A stretch of DNA of 64,000 nt from Octopus bimaculoides. Lineage: Eukaryota. The stretch spans positions 130,249,249-130,313,248 of the forward strand of contig NC_068981.1 of the NCBI RefSeq assembly GCF_001194135.2, in the 5' to 3' direction. The notes beneath the pieces are model-generated. The model did not search any database, was not told the DNA's origin, and saw only the letters and a list, made by a program, of their open reading frames with translations. Position 1 is the stretch's first letter. Each line of letters opens with the position of its first letter. Shown piece after piece: positions 59,276 to 64,000 of this stretch. Made by a program: the position numbers and the translations under genes.

Positions 59276-61278
59276 CGGGCTTCTTTCAAATCCACTCACA
59301 AAGCTTTGGTCAGCTCAAGGCTATAATAAAAGGCACTTGCCCAAAATGCTACACAGTGGGACTGAGCCCGGAACTTTGTTGGGATGCAAGCTTCTTACCA
59401 CACAACCACGCGGATATTAAGAGTTGTACTTGTTACCATTTAGACTAAACTAATGAAAGCAGAGTAATGTACCTTGACTTGTGACTAATTATGTCTGAAA
59501 TTAAAGTAGTTGTAGTCCAGCTACTGAATTTCATCATTTTTGCATATCTTGTATGTTTTTGTACCATGAGGTGGAGATGGTAACAATTAGAAAGTTTGAA
59601 TTTATGTCAAAGTAGTATTGCTATGTGTAGATGAGTGTATCATCAGCATAGCTTTGACCCAGGTCAACCTTCATCTAGCAGGCCTATGATCAGACATATT
59701 CCAGTCATGACTATCTCATCTTTATTCCCAAACATAGTGTATCTAGGACTATTTACCTAATGAGTTTTTCCAATTTTATGACTATGGTAGCATTTCTCAA
59801 ATTGATAAATCTCAGCACTCCACCCTTTCCTCAAAAAGGAAAACACTAGTGAAAAAAGTGTTGCTCTCTTGTTATTACTGAGATAATAAATAGATTTTGC
59901 ATCTGTATATTTCATACTTCACTGTGGTATTGACAAATTTAAAACATTTAAAACCATCTTAATTCTGTTAAGCATGTCTGTTTTCTCACTCATTTTTTCT
60001 ATTCCTTCCCTATGACAAACACTGCTGTAAGGTATGATTTGAGAGAAATTTGGTTGCTATTTCTTGCAGGCTGTAGAAATTCCCTGTTGGCTTTGGTAGA
60101 ATATTAGTGTAGAAATGTCTGGGGGAATTATGGAAAAGTCATTGACGATGGGTTGATTTAAGAGGAACACTGGAATTGTTGAAGTGGGAAACTTAGAGGA
60201 CACTAATGAATTCTACAAAGTTACAAAGCCAGGTGTTAAATTCCAAATAGGGGCTGTTTGGTTATGAGCTTTGCATATTACACTGTCAAATAACTTTGCA
60301 AATAATACTGAGTGCAGCATTTTTAGTTTCACCATGAATTTATAAAGCAAAAGTAGATATTAGCATTCTTATCCTCTGTGATTATGTTTATATTTTTCTT
60401 GATGATTTTGCCAGCAGAAAGGCAGTGCCTATGACTTTTTTCAAAGACATTGAAGAGAGGAAATGGTTAGGTATAATGACAGTAGATGTGAGTTGCATGT
60501 CTCTTGTAGTACTTAATTTTGCATATCACTGTCATCACAAATGAGACTCAGTTTATGCCACTTCACCACATATCTTCCTGGATCTTCTTCCACAAGCTTC
60601 ATCTACCTTAAGTGATCGTTACTTCTTTATACAGCTGTTCTCTCTTCTCATCCATATACATCACATGAACATACCAGCAGAGTCTTCTCTCTTGGACACT
60701 CCATCTGATTTCTCTTGTGTCCAGTTTTTTCTCTCAACACATTAGCACTTTGTTGATCAGGCACACTGACTCCACATATCTGATGGAGCATGTTAACTTC
60801 ATTTCTTTCTTTCTACATATGCATATATATATATATATATTATATGACAAGCTTGTTACAGTTTCCATCTACTGAATCCACTAACAAGGTACTGATTGCT
60901 TTGGGATGGTTGTTGAAGATTCAAAGTAGAAGACTTTGGAGAAGACACAGATATGCCTTGCGATTGAACCTGAAACCATGTTTTTTAATCACACAACTAT
61001 GTGACCTCCCCTCTCTCTTTGTCTCTCTTTCTCTCTCTCTAGGTTGGGCCAAAAGTCACGCACCAAAACATTTGCCATTTTATTTATGTTATATTATTAT
61101 TTGTTTTGTTCATATACAAGAATGTGTGCATTCATTTTATTTTATTTTATTTATTCTATTCAGTTTTAGGAAAATTGAAGCATGTCTTTGACAACTCCAT
61201 AGCAATATATATATTAAATGAATTTTAATCTTGGTGCGTAACTTTTAGTTATTATGGAATGAAATATCTCTGTTTCAG

Positions 61279-61364
61279 GCTGTCAGTATGGATTTGGCTG
61301 AAGAGAATTCCCTTTATTCAAGTATGGTTGATGATTCCTTTTTCATTGTAAAAAAGTCTGTGAG
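61279..61364 (+). CDS. COG4: COG4 coding exon 13
   Basis: AVSMDLAEENSLYSSMVDDSFFIVKKSV(R), containing the SSMVDDxFxIVKK motif; 86 nt. Confidence 0.96.
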
Positions 61365-62287
61365 GTAATTCTTTTATCTTTTACTTGTTTCAGTCATTTG
61401 ACTGTGGCCATGCTGGGGGGCACGTTTTGAAGGGTTTTAGTTGAACAAATTGACCCCAGGACTTATTTTTTTAAGTTCTGTTTTGCTGAACTGCTAAGTT
61501 ACGGGGTTGTAAATACACCAATACCAGTTGTCGAACAGTGGTGGGAGACAAAACAGACACAAAGACACACACACACATATATACAAACATGATGAGCTTT
61601 TCCCAGTTTAGTTTACTAAATCCACTCACAAGGCTTTGGTTGGCTTGAGGCTATAGTAGAAGACACTTGCCCAAGGTGCTACACAGTGTGACAAAACTTG
61701 GAACTAATTGATTGGGAAGCAAACTCCTTACTACACAGCTAATTAGAAAAATATATTTAATCAATGAAAAGTGCTTTAACTTAGCACATCCACACCAACA
61801 CAAACAAAGGGGACAGCAGACATGACGGGCTGAATGAAAGTTTGTGAATTGGTGGTGAAAGATAGACAAAGTAGGGGTGAATATTTGAACTGGTGTTGTA
61901 TCAAGAATCATAGGTATTGTGTGCAGAGATGGTGATGTTGGTGATCCTAGTTTGTGTAACTAAGAACAACCAGGTAGAGTGAACTAAGAAAGTGATTACA
62001 TTTTCAATAAATTCATTAGCTGAAGAGATGAATATAATGACATGGGCAAGAGATGTGCACTGATATTTGCAGATAATAGATGGCAGACAGAAGGAGGTTG
62101 ATATTGGTTGAGTTAGGAGGGAGTTATTATATTAGGTGTTCATGTGTTAGGTCTTATAAATGGAAGTTTAAAAACAGAAAAAGAATCTGATGTAAAAATT
62201 ATATAAGGAAGTTTTTATGAGTTAGTCATAGGAAGAGGATCAGTGCTCTTGACTTTTTTTTAGTTGCTGCTATAGGGGAAAGAGCAT

Positions 62288-62700
62288 GAAAATATCAAAT
62301 TATCCTCAAAAAATAACATCCAAGAACAATGCCAGCAGCAGCTGACCATTGAAGAGCAAGTCTGGCAGCACTAGCTACAGTAGTTTGACCACATCTGCAG
62401 GATGAGTACCAAAAGACTACCACATCAGCATTTGTGGTAGCAGCGACCAGCATACTGGCGAATCCAGTGCAGCACACCAAAGAAGATATGGGTGAAAGAA
62501 ATTGAGGAAGACCTAAAGTTACAGTGCTCCAACCTTGAGCGTGCTAAGGCCACTGCCATGGATCAGAAAGTGTGGAATAACATTCTCACCAGACTGTGTC
62601 ATTTAGTGCTACCTACAGCAGCATATTGGTTGAGAGGACAGCCTCCCACTCTGGGTTACCAGCTTGGACTCCACTTAAGAAAAATGAGTGGCAATTGGTG
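62288..62700 (+). mobile_element. RTE/RTE-X-like LINE 3' fragment
   Basis: FDHICRMSTKRLPHQ...PKKIWVKEIEEDLK...AMDQKVW resembles the W(F)GHV.RM...R.P C-terminal region of RTE ORFs. Confidence 0.6.
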
Positions 62701-63438
62701 ATATTAAATTGGAGAATCGAGTTAGTTGACCAATCAAAAACATTCATTTCATCCAGCAGGCTTCTGCATCATTTCCATCTACGTAATTTCACTCACAAGA
62801 TTTTTGCTGACCAGAGTCATTGCAGATGATTCGGTGCCATGCGGGGGGATTAAAAGTGGATTCCTCTGATTGCAAACAAACTGCTTAACCATGTAGCCAC
62901 ATGAACATGCCTGCAGTATTTTGATGTTGTTCTGAGTTCAAATTCCGCCAAGGTTGACTTTGCCTTTCATCCTTTTGGGGTCAATAAATTAAGTACCAGT
63001 TGCATAGTGGGGTCGATCTAATCGACTGGCCCCCTCCCCAAAAATTTCGGGCCTTGTGCCTAGAGTAGAAAAGAATATTTTGTTGATGTATCCAGCCTGT
63101 GGCAGCTGGTAAAACAGATGTTAAACTGGTGGTGATGAAGGGAAGAAAGGATGTGATAAAAAAAGGTGTTAACATCAAGAGTGACAGACTATAAGTTTGT
63201 ATGCTATAGATTGTACTATTTTACCTTTTGGCAATATGCTGAACTATTCTTGCTTCAGATGACTCTAGGGTTGATAAGGAAAAATTCTAGTGTAACAGTC
63301 TAACTAGAAATTGAGTTTATAATAGGGCTGAGAATATCCAGTTGCCTATCTGAAAGAATGATAGAAAGGGCATTGTTGGGACTGGTCTCCTTCTTTTGAT
63401 TGGAATGATCAGAGGAGTTTCTGTATGTAGTGACTGTA

Positions 63439-63625
63439 TGAGGGGGTGCTGAAAAGTTCTTGGCTTTGGGTAAAAAAAAAAATACAGGAGGATCAGTTAA
63501 TTATGATTTTATTCAACATATTCCCCTCCCAGTTTCACACACTTATTGCAGCAGTCTTTCAGTTTTTCTAAGCCTTGTAAAAGAACTCAGAAGGTTGGGC
63601 CTCCAACCAGGCCTTTCGTGATACC
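63439..63625. mobile_element. mariner terminal fragment
   Basis: TA + (t/c)gagggggtgctgaaaagttc..ggc terminus typical of a mariner TIR; no transposase ORF follows. Confidence 0.55.
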
Positions 63626-63978
63626 TTTTAGCAGTAAGACATGGTGATTGGGAGTTTAAGAAGATTTTTTTTTGAGAGCATATAACATAGATCTGGAGGC
63701 AAGGTAAACAACAAATGTACATGCTTTTCCAACAAGCATGCTGCTAACTAAAGCTGTCTTGCTGTCTAATCTGAAAGAGTTTTGTCTATCATTTCTAAGA
63801 CCATAGATAAACCTTTTCATTAATGACAGTTATAGTTTAACAAAGAATTTAGTTTTAATCAAAATAACCATTTCATCTCAGCATTCTGACATTGCTGTGC
63901 TGTCTTAATCACTTTGATCGGTTATTTACAAGATTTTTTTCTTTCATTGCAATTAAGTTATTTTCTCCTTTATTGCAG

Positions 63979-64000
63979 ACGAGCTATTTCTAGTTCTAGT
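63979..64000 (+). CDS. COG4: COG4 coding exon 14 (truncated by window edge)
   Basis: Pyrimidine tract plus ttgcag, then A CGA GCT ATT TCT AGT TCT AGT = (R)RAISSSS, matching COG4 RALSSSS in phase 2. Confidence 0.88.

Overview
AT-rich, repeat-dense, gapped eukaryotic genomic DNA. The SINE/RTE-LINE repeat complement and (TA)n/(GAT)n microsatellites resemble an Octopus draft assembly (inference from recognised repeat families). There are eight N-gaps. Two housekeeping genes lie head-to-head. SF3B3 is on the minus strand: 10 coding exons, 17165 down to 200, 1233 nt = 411 codons, continuing past the left edge, with an unseen 5' UTR exon upstream. COG4 is on the plus strand: 14 coding exons from 34915 to the right edge, 1359 nt = 453 codons. 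All junctions are GT-AG and phase-consistent. Introns and the intergenic spacer hold Tc1, mariner, Helitron, hAT and piggyBac-type MITEs, RTE and R4/Dong LINE relics, a Penelope fragment and several tRNA-derived SINE families. The most unusual content: (1) three unrelated type I hammerhead ribozyme motifs within 17 kb. One sits in a 339-bp partially tandem, retrozyme-like unit, one lies downstream of a tRNA-like Pol III promoter in a Penelope terminal repeat, and one has a 91-nt stem II. (2) Decayed antisense ORFs hidden in introns, one Myb-like and one unidentified (about 365 codons). (3) Several long fold-back hairpins in introns. (4) The same SF3B3/COG4 divergent pairing that I recall from human 16q22.
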